Shown here one piece after another: positions 26,480 through 41,180 of a stretch of DNA of 64,000 bases. Position numbers and translations under genes: made by a program. The stretch spans positions 27,776,001-27,840,000 of the forward strand of contig OX597816.1 in the NCBI GenBank assembly GCA_951406725.2. The letters run 5' to 3'. The stretch comes from Octopus vulgaris (lineage: Eukaryota). How positions within the stretch are numbered: the stretch's first letter is position 1; the number at the start of each line of letters is the position of its first letter. The notes under the pieces are model-generated. The model searched no databases. It was given only the letters and a program-made list of their open reading frames with translations, and had not been told where the DNA came from.

Positions 26480-26615
26480 CCGGATTATTTAATTTTTACC
26501 AGCTGAGTGGGGTGCAGCAATGTGGAATTATGTGTCTTGCTCAAAAAGAAAAATTACGCATCACCCGGTCTGGGAATCGAAACCACAATCTACGATATAA
26601 CAACTGAAGCACAAA
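26480..26615 (-). mobile_element. Old tRNA-derived SINE fragment
   Basis: GGTTTCGATTCCCAGACCGGG B-box segment shared with family D. Confidence 0.6.
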
Positions 26616-26772
26616 ATCACACACAAGAAAATGCATATATATATATATATATATATATATAGATACACATAAACACATACACACATATATATTATGTGGG
26701 TATATATATATATATACTTGCATGTACATATATATATGCATATATATACATATATATGTACATATGTAAATA

Positions 26773-26807
<35 letters not shown>

Positions 26808-26862
26808 TTGCATATACATATACATATGCATATATATACATATATATGTACATATGTAAATA

Positions 26863-26909
<47 letters not shown>

Positions 26910-27343
26910 GTATATACATACATGCACAAACATATGTACATATGTAGGAATTAATATATATATATATATAAAATTTTCCATTCTTGATTGCAGTGATGTG
27001 TAATGAAGAGAAAAGCAAATAGAAAATATATAAAAAATAATATCACAGAACAATAAGTATATGAAGTAAAATAAAATTATTCAAGAAAAATAAATTTTAA
27101 AGAAAAATAATTAAACATATAAAAACATGTATAATCAAGAATGATATGTGTTCTGACATTTCTTTCATGTTGAATATAGGGAGAAGCATGAATATAACAG
27201 GGGAATAAGTTGGAATTCCTACCTGGAGTCTGGTGTAACATTAATTATTATGTTGTTCCATATGAAGAAAGATGTATTACTGTGTAGTATACATGTGCAT
27301 CAGTATGTATGTATGTATGCATGTATGTATGTATGCATGTATG

Positions 27344-27377
<34 letters not shown>

Positions 27378-27459
27378 TGTATGTATGTATGTTATGTATG
27401 TATGTATGTATGTTATGTATGTATGTATGTATGTATGTATGTATGTATGTATGTATGTA

Positions 27460-27540
<81 letters not shown>

Positions 27541-28078
27541 ATATATAAATATATAAATCTATGATCAGATAACTACATCTTCATTCTTATTATCATTATT
27601 GTTGTTTATTTTTCATGGTATTGTGTATAAATGTAATTGCGCGCGTGTGTGTGTGTATATAAATATATATATGCATAATTATATACAAATACATATATTT
27701 ATATATAATGTACACACACGTGTGTGTGTGTGTGTCTCTCTCTGTGTCTGTGTGTTTATATATGTCTGTGTGTGCGCGTATGTCTATACATATAACTGTA
27801 AATTCTAATTATAACGGCAGTCCAACTGTCATGATTGTCGTTGTTGTTGTTGTTATTATTATTATTATTATTATTATCGTTACATTTTCTTGTTGGTGTA
27901 CTGCTATTAAGTGTGCCCAGGCAGTAAGTAAATCTCAAATAGTTGTCAACAGTAACAACAGAAATAACTCCACGCCACTGAGACCAGGCGCCGCCGCTCT
28001 CCAATCTGTTTTTGCTAACTATTTCACTAACGGGCAAATTTTCTTTCTCATCAAGCGTTCACTCATTCATCTCTCTTA

Positions 28079-28123
<45 letters not shown>

Positions 28124-28129
28124 TCCCCC

Positions 28130-28167
<38 letters not shown>

Positions 28168-28296
28168 TTTCTTTCTTTCTCAATAACATACAGAGTCTTA
28201 AAAATACATACCCATATATATCATATATACATGCTCCACAGACACGGTCTTACACATGCACTGATATACATACAGACACTATAACATATACACGCA

Positions 28297-28352
<56 letters not shown>

Positions 28353-28691
28353 GACGCGTACATACATTCATATAGGTAATCACATAAACACACAATCACA
28401 CCTATGCACTTATTCTGATATACATTTAATAATCACGTACACAGAATATATATACACACATTAGTATATTGCGCAAACACATACACATAAACACAGACAC
28501 ATACGTGCGTATATAATACATGGATAATACACACACATATATAGATATAAATATATATCGTGAGTACCTATTTACTTACACATACCTATATACACAAACA
28601 AATATGAACGAAATAATCTTATATATTTACATGCCTATGTATATGCGAATATATGCGCATATTTATATTTTTATATGTGCTTTTGTGAATG

Positions 28692-28752
<61 letters not shown>

Positions 28753-28785
28753 CCACACACACAGACACACACACACACACACATA

Positions 28786-29209
28786 GGTGTAGGAGTAGCT
28801 GTGTGGTAAGTAGCTTGCTTACCAACCACATGGTGCCGGGTTCAGTCCCACTGCGTGGCACCTTGGGCAAGTGTCATCTACTATAGCCTCGGGCCGACCA
28901 AAGCCTTGTGAGTGGATTTGGTAGACGGAAACTGAAAGAAGCCCGTCGTATATATATATATATATATATATATACGTACGTGTGTGTATATGTTTGTGTG
29001 TCTGTGTTTGTCCTCCCAATATCGCTTGACAACCGATGCTGGTGTGTTTACGTCCCCGTAACTTAGCGGTTCGGCAAAAAAACCGATAGAATAAGTACTA
29101 GGCCTACAAAGAATAAGTCCTGGAGTAGATTGCTCGACTAAAGGCGGGGCTCCAGCATGGCCACATTCAAATACCTGAAACAAGTAAAAGAATAAAAGAA
29201 TAAAAGAAT
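28786..29209 (+). mobile_element. SINE family A (followed by a decayed copy at 29238-29585)
   Basis: Matches family A. Confidence 0.9.
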
Positions 29210-29635
29210 ATATATCCCTGCATACATACACGCATATAGGAAGTCGTAGCCATGCGGTTGCTCCCCAACCACATGGTCGCGAGTTCAGTTCCAATGCGTG
29301 ACACCGAAAAATCGGTGGGATACAGAAGAGAGAGGGAGAGGGAGGGAGAGAAAGAGAGGGAGAGATAGAGAGAGATGGAGAGATAGAGAGAGAGATATGT
29401 ATCTGCCTCTATGTTTGTCCCCCACCACTCATGTATTAATGGCTCCGTTTTTTAGCGGTTCGGCGAAACGAACGACAGAAGTACCATGCTTAAAATGATA
29501 AATATTCACGTCGATTCGTTTGACTAAAATCCTTCGGGGCGCTACTCCAGCGTGGCCGCAATCCAATGACTGCACAAGCAAAAGATGGAAAAGAAAAAAA
29601 AAACAAAACTGATATGCATGCCTATCTGTATTATA

Positions 29636-29668
<33 letters not shown>

Positions 29669-29715
29669 ATTTATATATATAAATATACATATATTTATAT
29701 ATACATACATGCCTC

Positions 29716-29747
<32 letters not shown>

Positions 29748-29767
29748 TGTATATATATATATACATA

Positions 29768-29817
<50 letters not shown>

Positions 29818-29818
29818 A

Positions 29819-29870
<52 letters not shown>

Positions 29871-30375
29871 GCACACGAAAACGTACATACGCACATACCG
29901 ACAATATCTAAATATATCCAGACGTATTCACATTCACCAACTCACATACACATAGACCACGTACGTCATACACACACACACACACACACACTTATATCCA
30001 CACATATCCACACATACACACTAACACACCACATACATGTATAGACATACATACAAACATGCCTGGGCCTCTTCGTATCTCCCCCTCACTCAACACTGCA
30101 GAGTCGGAATCTAAAAATAAAACTAGTTTCTCTCATTCATTCTTTACGTATCATTCATTCATGCTTTCTTTCCTTCTTTCTTTTCATCTTTCTTTCGTTA
30201 TTTTTTTCTCTCTCTCTCTCTCTCTTGCATTCCCTCTGTCTTTCGTTCTCTTACACTTTCTTATTCTTGTCTGACTGCATCTCCCTCTGACTCTTACGGT
30301 AACAACAACGGTCACGATCACTCAAAAAATTCCTTCAGCACTCACCATTCTTTCTATCTTCTAGATATATATGTT

Positions 30376-30487
<112 letters not shown>

Positions 30488-30546
30488 CCTATTTATAAGT
30501 GTCTATAGATGCGTATATACATACATACATACATATGTGTGTGTAT

Positions 30547-30597
<51 letters not shown>

Positions 30598-30684
30598 CAA
30601 ACACATACACACACGCATATACATATAATATACATACATACGCATACATATCTATCTATTTATACATTACTGATATTTACAAGA

Positions 30685-30788
30685 GCCTTCTACTATAACC
30701 TCGGCCCGACCAAAGCATCTTGAGTAGATTTTGTAGACGGAAACTGAAAGAAGTCCATTGTACACACACATATTTACATATATGTATG

Positions 30789-30841
<53 letters not shown>

Positions 30842-31060
30842 ATCTTTGTATCTGTACTTGTCCCGCCCCATCAACGCTTGATAACTGGTGCTGGTGTGTT
30901 GACGTTTCCAGAACTTAATACTTCGGCAAAATAAAACGATAGAATAAGTACTACGCTTTAAATAAATGTCCTGGGATCGACTTGTTCTACTAAAACACTT
31001 CAAGATGGTGCTCCAATTTGGCCGCAGTCAAATGAGTGAAACAAGTAAAATAATGAAGGA
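30685..31060 (+). mobile_element. SINE family A, 5'-truncated
   Basis: Matches the family A body and tail. Confidence 0.85.
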
Positions 31061-31111
<51 letters not shown>

Positions 31112-31722
31112 TAAAGTATTTTAGTAGAACAAGTCGAATCCAGAATTTATTTTTAAGCCCTCGGTCATTTTTGCCGGACCGCTGTGTTACGGGAACGTAA
31201 ACACACCAACACCAGTTGTCAAGTGTTGCTAGGGGACAAGCATAGACACAGAGACACACAGATACATACATACAAACATATACATATATATATTATATAT
31301 ATTAATATATATATATATATATATATTTTTTTTTTCTTTCTTTCTTTTACTTGTTTCAGTCATTTGAATGCGGCCATGCTGGAGCACCGCCTTTAGTCGA
31401 GCAAATCGACCCCGGGACATTATTTGTAAGCCCAGTACTTATTCTATCGGTCTCTTTTGCCGAATCGCTAAGTGACGGGGACGTAAACACACCATCATCG
31501 GGGACAAACAAACACACATAAACACACACACATACACATATATATATATGCATATATACGACAGGCTTCTTTCAGCTTCCGTCTACCAAATCCACTCACA
31601 AGGCATTGGTCGGCCCGGGGCTATAGTAGAAGACACTTGCCCAAGATGCCACGCAGTGGGACTGAACCCGGAACCATGTGGTTGGTTAGCAAGCTACTTA
31701 CCACACAGCCACTCCTGCGCCT
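31112..31722 (-). mobile_element. Two SINE family A copies (partial 31112-31270; full 31341-31722)
   Basis: Reverse complement of family A. Confidence 0.88.
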
Positions 31723-31743
31723 ATATATACATACATATATATT

Positions 31744-32130
<387 letters not shown>

Positions 32131-32159
32131 AACGCCACGCATCCATTTGCAAGTAAGTT

Positions 32160-32219
<60 letters not shown>

Positions 32220-33407
32220 ATCTATCTATCAATCTATCTATCTATCTATACATTTTCTAACAACCTCCACAACCTTCATCTTGTTCTCTTACAAATTATG
32301 CAACCCCCACATCTCACTGAGCACGCCTATTATTTTCCCAACCATTCCCAGAATTTCATATTAATTTTAGAAGCATGCATAACTGGTGTACCCGTGTACC
32401 ATTGACGAATGGCCCCTGAACTTGTTATGCAAATGTATCTCAACTGTGAAGTGCATCACAAATGTATGTAAGGTCTGAATAACCGTGGAAACTGCAGCTT
32501 TTTACATTGATGTATATAACCGCTTCTTGCTCTGCCTGGATAGAAAATGAAATACTATCACACAAAACTGAGATGCGGGACAAATCTTAAACTAATGAGA
32601 ACAAATGAAAATGAATATATGAAATGCTTTTACATAGTTCCATTTACAAATGAGAAAATATTCGACATGCAGTAAAATCAGTGACTGTTTAGATTTGCAA
32701 AATTGGTCAGTGACAGCATCATTAGTGTTAATTGGTACTGCAGTCTCTACTTGTAATACTGTAATACAGAAAGCTGCTTATCAATTAGGTAGGTAATAAT
32801 TGCCAAAAGTACTAAAAGAAAGCAATTATTAAACGGTGGACCGTCTGGAAATAATTTTATAAATTCATAAATTCATGTTCTAACAAATTTCCTATAATTT
32901 CGATTTCTCAAGTTTATTACATTTTTTTAAACTCCAATTTCTCGCAAATTTAAATATTCATTGCATTCCCTACCTCCTATTCTTCATAGATTTAAATATT
33001 CATTGCATTCACTGCGGAGTATTCCATTTTCATTTGCAAAGTCTCTCACTTTCACCTTTAAGTTTTAATTCGCGCTTTTGTAAACCGATAGTTTATTTTA
33101 TTAATGTGAAAGCATTATTTATTGACTAAAAAATTTTTAAATACTCGTATAATGTTTGAACGCAGGATAACTGTGAGAAGAGCCTAGAAAGTTGGGTAAT
33201 TACTATTAAAAGACGAAGAGAAAAAGTTACCGACGAGTACTCAAAGCTTGTTCCTTATTCACAGTTTCCAAACATGTTTAGCACTAAGCCAATATATACA
33301 CAAACAAGTTGCAAGAGCGACTTCAACAGTAACACACACCAATACACATTCGCGCACACACAAAGATACATATACACACAAACGAAAGGCAATAAATGCG
33401 TGCGCGC

Positions 33408-33443
<36 letters not shown>

Positions 33444-33563
33444 ACTCGCTGACAAAACTTTGTGCTGCATCACTTTTGTGAAGTTTTGTCAGTGAACAGA
33501 TTGCGATTTCAAAACGAAGAAAATATTTTGACACGATTGAAATTTTAATGTTGAAGTGAAACT

Positions 33564-33776
33564 GGTACTACATAAATACAGAGGTCCCTTAACGGTACTA
33601 CTTAAATACAGGTGTTACGTACAAAATATTTCAAATGTACGCTGTGTGGACGTGTAATGACACCCTAGACCTAACCTTAACCCCCCAAAACTAACCCTAA
33701 AACTAACCCCCAAAACTAATCCTCCCCTTCATATCGTTACGTAGATGCATCGGGACCTCTGTATTTAAGTAGTGCC
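33564..33776. mobile_element. MITE/HINE-like element with 25-bp inverted ends and internal CTAACC repeats
   Basis: GGTACTACATAAATACAGAGGTCCC and GGGACCTCTGTATTTAAGTAGTGCC; CCTAACC-like motifs at 33663-33720. Confidence 0.75.
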
Positions 33777-35189
33777 ATAAATCTAACGGTTTTTGTGTGT
33801 TCTTGAATGGCTTGCAAACATCTTCCACGTGAAATTGTTTTTGTTTCAGCTCACGATCTCAGATCATGTTACTTGCTAAGCAAGTACATCTCCGTAAGTG
33901 TTAAAAATCAGCAATGACCTTCTCAGGCTCTCCAGTATTTTATTTTCTAAACAGAAACAAACGGGGTCGGGGAGTGAGGTTGCAAAAATTCATAACTTCT
34001 CAAATTTTCCTTTTTATAGCATATAAATGTATTTATGGGGAAAAATATTGAAAAACATCAATAAATGCTAGAGTAATAAAGAAATGGAGAGGGTTGTCTT
34101 TGGATGTGCTAGAACCAACAGCCAAAGCGCCTTCAATTTTCCCTCTGAAAATATTGATAATTAAAAAAAAAAAAAAACGAAAATAATCTTGCCATGGTTT
34201 TGAAGTAGAAAAAAAATTGGCGAAAATAGATCCGGAGGGGGATGATGAGGGAGAGGAGGTGTAAAAAAAGAGGTTTCAAAACTTTTTCATACAAAGATGC
34301 ACCCCCAAAACCGTCAATTCGAAAGCTGTGACATAAAAAAAAATGGGGAAAATCCCCGAAAAAAGTTTCTTCACAAATTTCATTATAATCTTAATCTATG
34401 CAGTTTCAAGGGGATTTATATATATTTTCATTATAAGATAACAATCTTCCTAAAAGTTATGAGTGGAAAAAAGTCGGATCGTGTGAATTTTCCGAAATTC
34501 CTCTCTCCACTCCCTCGGAAAATTTCTTTCCCATAAATACCTATATACTCTGAAGCCACAACATTTAAGCGGTATTTATAGAAAATTTTGATAACAAATA
34601 TCCATTTTTTATGGATGTTATGTGGCAACAAAGTTGGGGGTGTATACATCTGCAGTAATGCTCTTTCATTTATACGATTTTTCATTTCATGTTTATTTCA
34701 TCCATTGTTTGCAATGTTCTCTCTCTCTCTCTCACCCACAATTCAAAGCTTACAGGTGGGCTACTGAATTGAAATCTCTATCTTATTTGAGGGGGAGGTA
34801 AAACTTGACAAACTGCCTCACCCTCTGTTGTTGGACTACTGTGATGTTTGCTTAAAAAAGAGAGATTATGGCTGTGATAAAATAATGAAAGCAATATTTA
34901 TTAAGCAAGTGAGCCCTATTATACAAAAAAATCAATAGACGTAAAACATTGAAAAAATTATTAGAATTGGAAATCAAATGTGAAAATATAACCAAAGAGC
35001 TAGCAGAAAGACTGCCCTCTGGGCGGTTTTCTGCTAGCCTCTGAACAAATTTTAGTTCTCTATAATTTGCCTACTATTATTTATCAATTAGAATTTTACA
35101 AGCTGCGCCAGGAAAAGGTGCTGTGAAAAAGCATGCAATATCGCACGGATTGAACTGACGAGTGGTGACAGTAAAACAAAAAAGCCCTT

Positions 35190-35326
35190 CAAACTATCTA
35201 AAACTGAGTGAACCGATTTTAATTTCAGTTATAAGTACTATATGTACACACACGTCGCGCGCACGCACAAGCACACACACATACATAAACATAGTCGTTA
35301 CTTGCAAACGTGCAATGACTTGCTAG
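35190..35326 (+). mobile_element. Helitron 3' fragment
   Basis: Hairpin TTGCA-aacg-TGCAA followed by CTAG|T. Confidence 0.55.
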
Positions 35327-35559
35327 TATAGAACAAAAGTCTGGAACATGTGATCTGAGGCAATGTTTAGTTCAGTTTCTGATTCGGTTATATAAACATT
35401 GCATTTAAAAGTTTAATAAAAGCAAAATCATTATTTTATAGTTTAAATCAATCTGTATGATATTTATGGCTGACATGCGTTGCTACAGTCAGATCTGGAT
35501 TAGAGACTAAGACTGGTTGCGATCGGTCAAGTCAGTGAAACATAGTGACTCTTTTGTTG

Positions 35560-36090
35560 TCTCAAACCAATGAAAAAGAAGCTTATAAAAATATACTAAA
35601 ACATATGACTTATTTCCCCTTCAATTTGTCTATACAAGCTGAACCAAACGTTGATGTCTTTCTGCGCTCTGAACAAATTCTAGTGATATGAATGATGTTG
35701 CAATATTTATCACTGAACGAGTGCCTACTCTCATCCAAGCATTAATCTTCACAGGAACTGTATGCATTTATTCAGATACCTTCTATATCCATTTACATTA
35801 TAGACTCTTCATAGGTCGATATATACCGTTTTTGAGTTTTTACATTTCTCTACACACAAACTCTGCGAACATTCCATGTGAATTCCTTTTTGTTAAATTA
35901 TATATTGAGCTTTTTATTAATTTATTTCGGCCTATATGATGAATGAATGGGAATTTTAGGCATAATTGCGTCTGTCTCTCTGGTGAAATCCTGTTTACAT
36001 TTCGTTCCAGCTCTGCAAATACGACTCTAGTTGCATATACTACTATGTAGACAATTATTTTAGCTATTGACAGAGTCGTGAACAAACGGA
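35560..36090 (-). pseudogene. Possible very decayed Penelope ORF fragment
   Basis: ISPERQTQLCLKFPFI resembles the GPEKCPVYL.LPYIG linker; the rest is heavily interrupted. Confidence 0.3.
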
Positions 36091-36168
36091 GCAGGAATAG
36101 AAATCACGAATTACAATCGTGAGATCAACAATATTAATAGAAGCCAAAGTACATTGATACACATTTAC

Positions 36169-36240
<72 letters not shown>

Positions 36241-36610
36241 ACATATATACGTGTATGCGCGTGTAGGCAAGGATGTGTGCCCGCGGAACTCGCTTCGCAG
36301 CTATGTTTTCGGGTTCACTTCCATTGCGCGGCACCATCAGTATTTTAAAAATACTGATAATTTAGTATTATTAGAACTGTCTAATGAACGGTCATTGGCA
36401 ACACCCATGTCCGAGTTTGTTGCATCTGGTGCCTCCATGATGCTTAAACCAAACATGACTTAGAAAGCCATCGCCTTCAACTGTAAATCTGAACTATTGA
36501 ACTGTTGTAGGCATTCTTCAAACTTTCTGATTTGGAGGCTTTGCCAAAAAAGTCAAATTCCACTATCGAATATACTTTACTGTTTTTATAATAATTTCGA
36601 ATATGTCGCA

Positions 36611-36884
36611 GGCGCAGGGGTGGCTGTGTGGCAAGAAGCTTGCTTCCCAACCACATGGTTCCGGATTCAGTACCACTGCATGGCACCTTGGATAGGTGAC
36701 TTCTAGTATAGCCTTAGGCCGACCAAAGGCTTATGAGTGGATCCTAGTTGACGGAAACTGAAAGAAGCCCTTCGAATATATACGTGTGGGGGTGTGTATC
36801 TGCGCTTGTCGCCCCACCGTCGCTTGTGTTTCCCTCCCTGTAACTTAGCGGTTCGACAAAAGTGACCGATATAATAAGCACTAA
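36611..36884 (+). mobile_element. SINE family A, 3'-truncated; followed by a PLE-like piece with a decayed HHR (36885-36930)
   Basis: SINE head GGCGCAGGGGTGGCTG; then ACAC-CTGATGA...GTT-GTGT with the GAAAC strand mutated. Confidence 0.75.
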
Positions 36885-37164
36885 GACACCTGATGAAGGA
36901 AGGAGGGTATATCAGGGTAAAAGTTGTGTTAACAACAAACAAGATTAGGACAAATATCCCTCAATTGCAAATAATGTAAATAGGCCCCTTATATACATTT
37001 TCCATGTCCTAAGATATTTTTCCAGTTCAGTTTCTCATGCTATTTGTATTCCATAATCGTCCTCACTTCCCCTAAAATCTATGATCTTATTACCAATCCG
37101 TACTTGATGCAAATTATTAATCGTAACAGCTTCCATTTCCTCTTCATTTCGAATGTGTGGAAAT

Positions 37165-37495
37165 GGCACCTTGGGCAAGTCTCTTCTACTATAGCTTCGG
37201 GCCGATGAAAGTCTTGTGAGTGGATTTGGTAGACGGAAACTGAAAGAAGCTCGTCAAGTTTATATATATGTATGTATTTATGTGTCTGCGTTTGTGGTTC
37301 ATCATCGCTTAACAACCGATGCTGGTGTGTTTATGTCCACTAACTTTATGGTTCGACAAAAGAGACCGATACAATTAGAACCTGGCTTACAAAGAATAAG
37401 TCCTGGGGACGACTTCTTTGACTAAAAACAGTTTAAGGTAGTGCTCCAGCATGGCTGCAGTCAAATGACTGAAACAAGTAAAAAAAGTAAAAGAA
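37165..37495 (+). mobile_element. SINE family A, 5'-truncated
   Basis: Matches family A. Confidence 0.85.
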
Positions 37496-37639
37496 TACTG
37501 AATCAAAGAATTTCCTTTCCATTTTTTTCTTCTATTTTCTCTGTCCTCTCTTTCTTCTTCTCTTCTATATTTTCTTTCTCTTTCCTGCTTGCTTTGAATC
37601 TGCCACTCACCCATTTCTTATAGCAAAGTTATTTATTTT

Positions 37640-37772
37640 GAGTTCGAATACCGACGAGGTCGTTTTTGCCTTTTTATCTCTTTGGGGGTCGATAAAATAA
37701 GTACCTGTTGAAGGATGTAATCGGCATAACCTGCCCTGAAATTGCTGGTCTCATGCCAAAATTTCAAGCCAT
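37640..37772 (+). mobile_element. SINE family B variant fragment (alternative 3' tail)
   Basis: GGGGTCGATAAAATAAGTACC core plus TGCCAAAATTT tail; similar pieces at 44895-45056, 23720-23890 and 60840-60925. Confidence 0.65.
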
Positions 37773-38519
37773 AATTTACTTCTCTTTCGTGATGCTCATT
37801 CGCCCTTGTATCAATTTTTAATTTTAGTTTTTATCTTTTACAAGATATTTTTCTTAAGCTCATTTACAAAGGTATTTTTCCTTTTGATATAATTATTATA
37901 CGTCTTTCCATGCATACATTTGATTTATGTTATTCACTTTTAATTCAATTTCGGCTGTTTTTTTTTTTTTTTGATGCTTATGTTTTTTCGACAGAGGCCA
38001 AACGTTTTCATCTAATAGGCTTTCCTTAGCTGAAAACTAATTACGACCCTGTCCAATCAGCGTTTGATGTTTACTTGATGAATCAGTAAATAATTATTAC
38101 TGCATCGTGAATAAACATAAACCATTATATTGTTCAAAATACTATCAGCTGTATGATGGTCGGTTATGTGAAAATCCTGCGTAAAAATTTGTGAAGTTTT
38201 CTAGTTCCAACAAAATTCATATATACATACATGCGTGTACGTGTGAGTGTATGTATATATTCTCACATGTGCGTTTTTTTTCTTGCCCTTTCCTCTTTTC
38301 TAATCTCCTTCCTTTTCTTTTCTCTTCCCTGTGTATCCGACAAAAAACGTTGTCCGAAACGTACGTTTTTCTCTATAACTTTTATGATATAACTTTTCTT
38401 CTTCGAGGGTCATCCAACGAATATTATCTGTGATCATCCCTTAAACGCTTTTGTAGCTTTCTTTTCGCTGAGTTTCTTTTTCTTTTAACAATTGATTTAC
38501 TATACATATACACATATGC

Positions 38520-38904
38520 GTGGAGGCGCAATAGCCCAGTGGTTAGGGCAGCGGACTCGCGGTCATAGGATCACGGTTTCGATTCCAAGACCGGGCGTTG
38601 TGAGTGTTTATTGAGCGAAAACAGCTAAAGCTCCACGATGCTCCGGCAGGGGATGGTGGTGATCCCTGCTGTACTCTTTCACCACAACTTTCTCTCACTC
38701 TTACTTCCTGTTTCTGTTGTACCTGTATTTCAAAGGGCCGGCCTTGTCACTCTCTGTGTCACGCTGAATATCCCCGAGAACTACGTTAAGGGTACATGTG
38801 TCTGTGGAGTGCTCAGCCACTTACACGTTAATTTCACGAGCAGGCTGTTCCGTTGATTCGGATCAACCGGAACCCTCGTCGTCGTAACCTACGGAGTGCT
38901 TCCA
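38520..38904 (+). mobile_element. tRNA-derived SINE family D (octopus OR-type)
   Basis: Head GTGGAGGCGCAATAGCCCAGTGGTTAGGGC...GGTTTCGATTCC. Shares its 5' half with family C but has a different 3' half. Second copy at 57866-58227. Confidence 0.92.
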
Positions 38905-39544
38905 CCACACACATGCACATATATGATTACACACATAATTATATAGACATAATTTTTATATCGTAGAGGGACAGTAAGTGATGTGAGATGAAACACAGTA
39001 ACATGATTCCATTGTTTTATAGTGTTCAATATATCCACCTTCTAAAGAAAGAGCACACATTTCACTCCAGTTGTTGATCATGAAACTAGTCAATTCACTC
39101 CAAAAATTATCTTGACCAGTCCTCTACCCACTTCTGCCGTGACTTTTACCCCACTGCAGTGACGTTTACCCCATGGCATAACGCTCACCTTCTATATCAT
39201 GACTTTACTCCGTCTTCTAAGATCTTTACCAATTTTATAGTAACCCTGGGCATTCTGACTCACTAAAATCAGTTTGGTGGGTGATTAGAACTATAGATGT
39301 GGTATTACTGTCTCCCCCTCATCCTCATCCTCCCCCTCCTTCTCCTCCTCTTCCTCCTCTTCCTCCTCCTCCAGGGACGTTATAAATCGTAATTAGTTCC
39401 CAGAAAAATATTTTACATAAAAGGTTTATAATACTCATAAATGAATGGTAATAAAATAAAACAACAGCAGAATTTAACGAATATTTTATGTTCAGTAAAA
39501 GGAATGTCAAGATCATGTATAATGAAAAATATTATTATAATTAT

Positions 39545-39790
39545 GATGGTTTGTCGCTAGCTTAATGTGGCAGTCCCAGGAAAGGGAGGAATGCTACTGC
39601 TATTTAAACCCAAGAAACACCGTTTCTTGTTGGCTACGTGACACAAGTGATCTGTGTCCTTAAGTTTCCAAAAAGGGGAGATAAGCACCTCCACCCAACG
39701 AAGTCAGCAGCCACAGACTAGTTTCAGGGTAGTTGCCCTTCGTCAGTCTGCAGTAGCTTGGATTGCTAGCTATCGGTGCTAAATCGCTAT
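39545..39790 (-). mobile_element. Diverged relative of the 19.5-kb element, with hammerhead at 39711-39753
   Basis: Shares GATCTGTGTCCTTA and flanking blocks with the reverse complement of 19750-19920. Minus strand: CTGACGA-AGGG-caacta-CCCT-GAAAC-TA-GTC. Confidence 0.75.
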
Positions 39791-40631
39791 TGAAAACTTA
39801 TAGAATTTTAAGTGAAATAAACTCACTGATATAAAACATTAGAAATATTGCATTTCTAAATGTTTAGAAATTCAATATTTCTAATTATTATAATTATTAT
39901 CAAGCAAAGTTGTTAGTTCTAAAACTCTACTGCAAAGTAATGGTTATTACCACTTCAACGTGGTTGTTCTGCATAGAACAATGTTACTACTATTTTTTAC
40001 CCAAAGAGGACACCTTCTCCAACTGGTTAAGGACACAACAGCTGTGTCCGATATACTGTAAACGAGGGAGCGAACAACTTTCATCTAGCGGCGATCGGAC
40101 CAGTAGACCGGCTGGCTTCAGGGTTCACCTATCCTCAGTACTGGTACATCTGTTTGCTAGATTCCTTAACTATTGATCTTATAAACATTACAATGATGAC
40201 ATACAGCATCTTTGACAATATCATGGCCTATATTGCCCAGGGTATCCTTTCGTTTTAAAAAGTAGAATGAGATGCTGACGAGATTTCTCAGCTATTTCTA
40301 GCAGTTTAAATGACCACACAGGACATCCTAATGTAGCTTAGTATTTTATTTATTATCTGTCTGATTGGTTGGCTCACTCACTTTCGGTCTGTCTGTCTGT
40401 CTGTCGTACTGCCTGCCTAGCAATCGTAATACTTGGTGAAATGGGTGATGGAATTTGGTAGTAGTAGTAGTAGTAGTTATAAAAAAAAAGATTAATAAAA
40501 ATAAAAAATAATATAGATAATAAATGTGAAAGGGTGCAAGAGAGGAGAGGAGAGAGTGAAGTGAAGAGGATGGATGCCATGCTGCCAGTAGACAGCTGCC
40601 AACCACTCAACAACAGGTGTATAGTGTTGGC

Positions 40632-41180
<549 letters not shown>

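Noticed and set aside
27880-27930. Strong donor-like GTAAGT at 27924-27929
   Set aside because: No convincing acceptor or reading frame upstream; the motif also occurs by chance and inside SINE A.
38330-38365. CCGACAA...CGAAACGTA (also 9048-9080)
   Set aside because: Probably decayed PLE HHR remnants, but the core has too many changes to call.
38520-38595. tRNA gene-like sequence (also the heads at 3795, 25440 and 58227)
   Set aside because: These are SINE heads that continue into SINE bodies, three of them with clear TSDs, and have no proper cloverleaf or terminator.
40569-40620. Possible short exon [15 protein letters not shown] ending AG|GTGTAT
   Set aside because: Weak donor, no partner exon and no recognisable homology.
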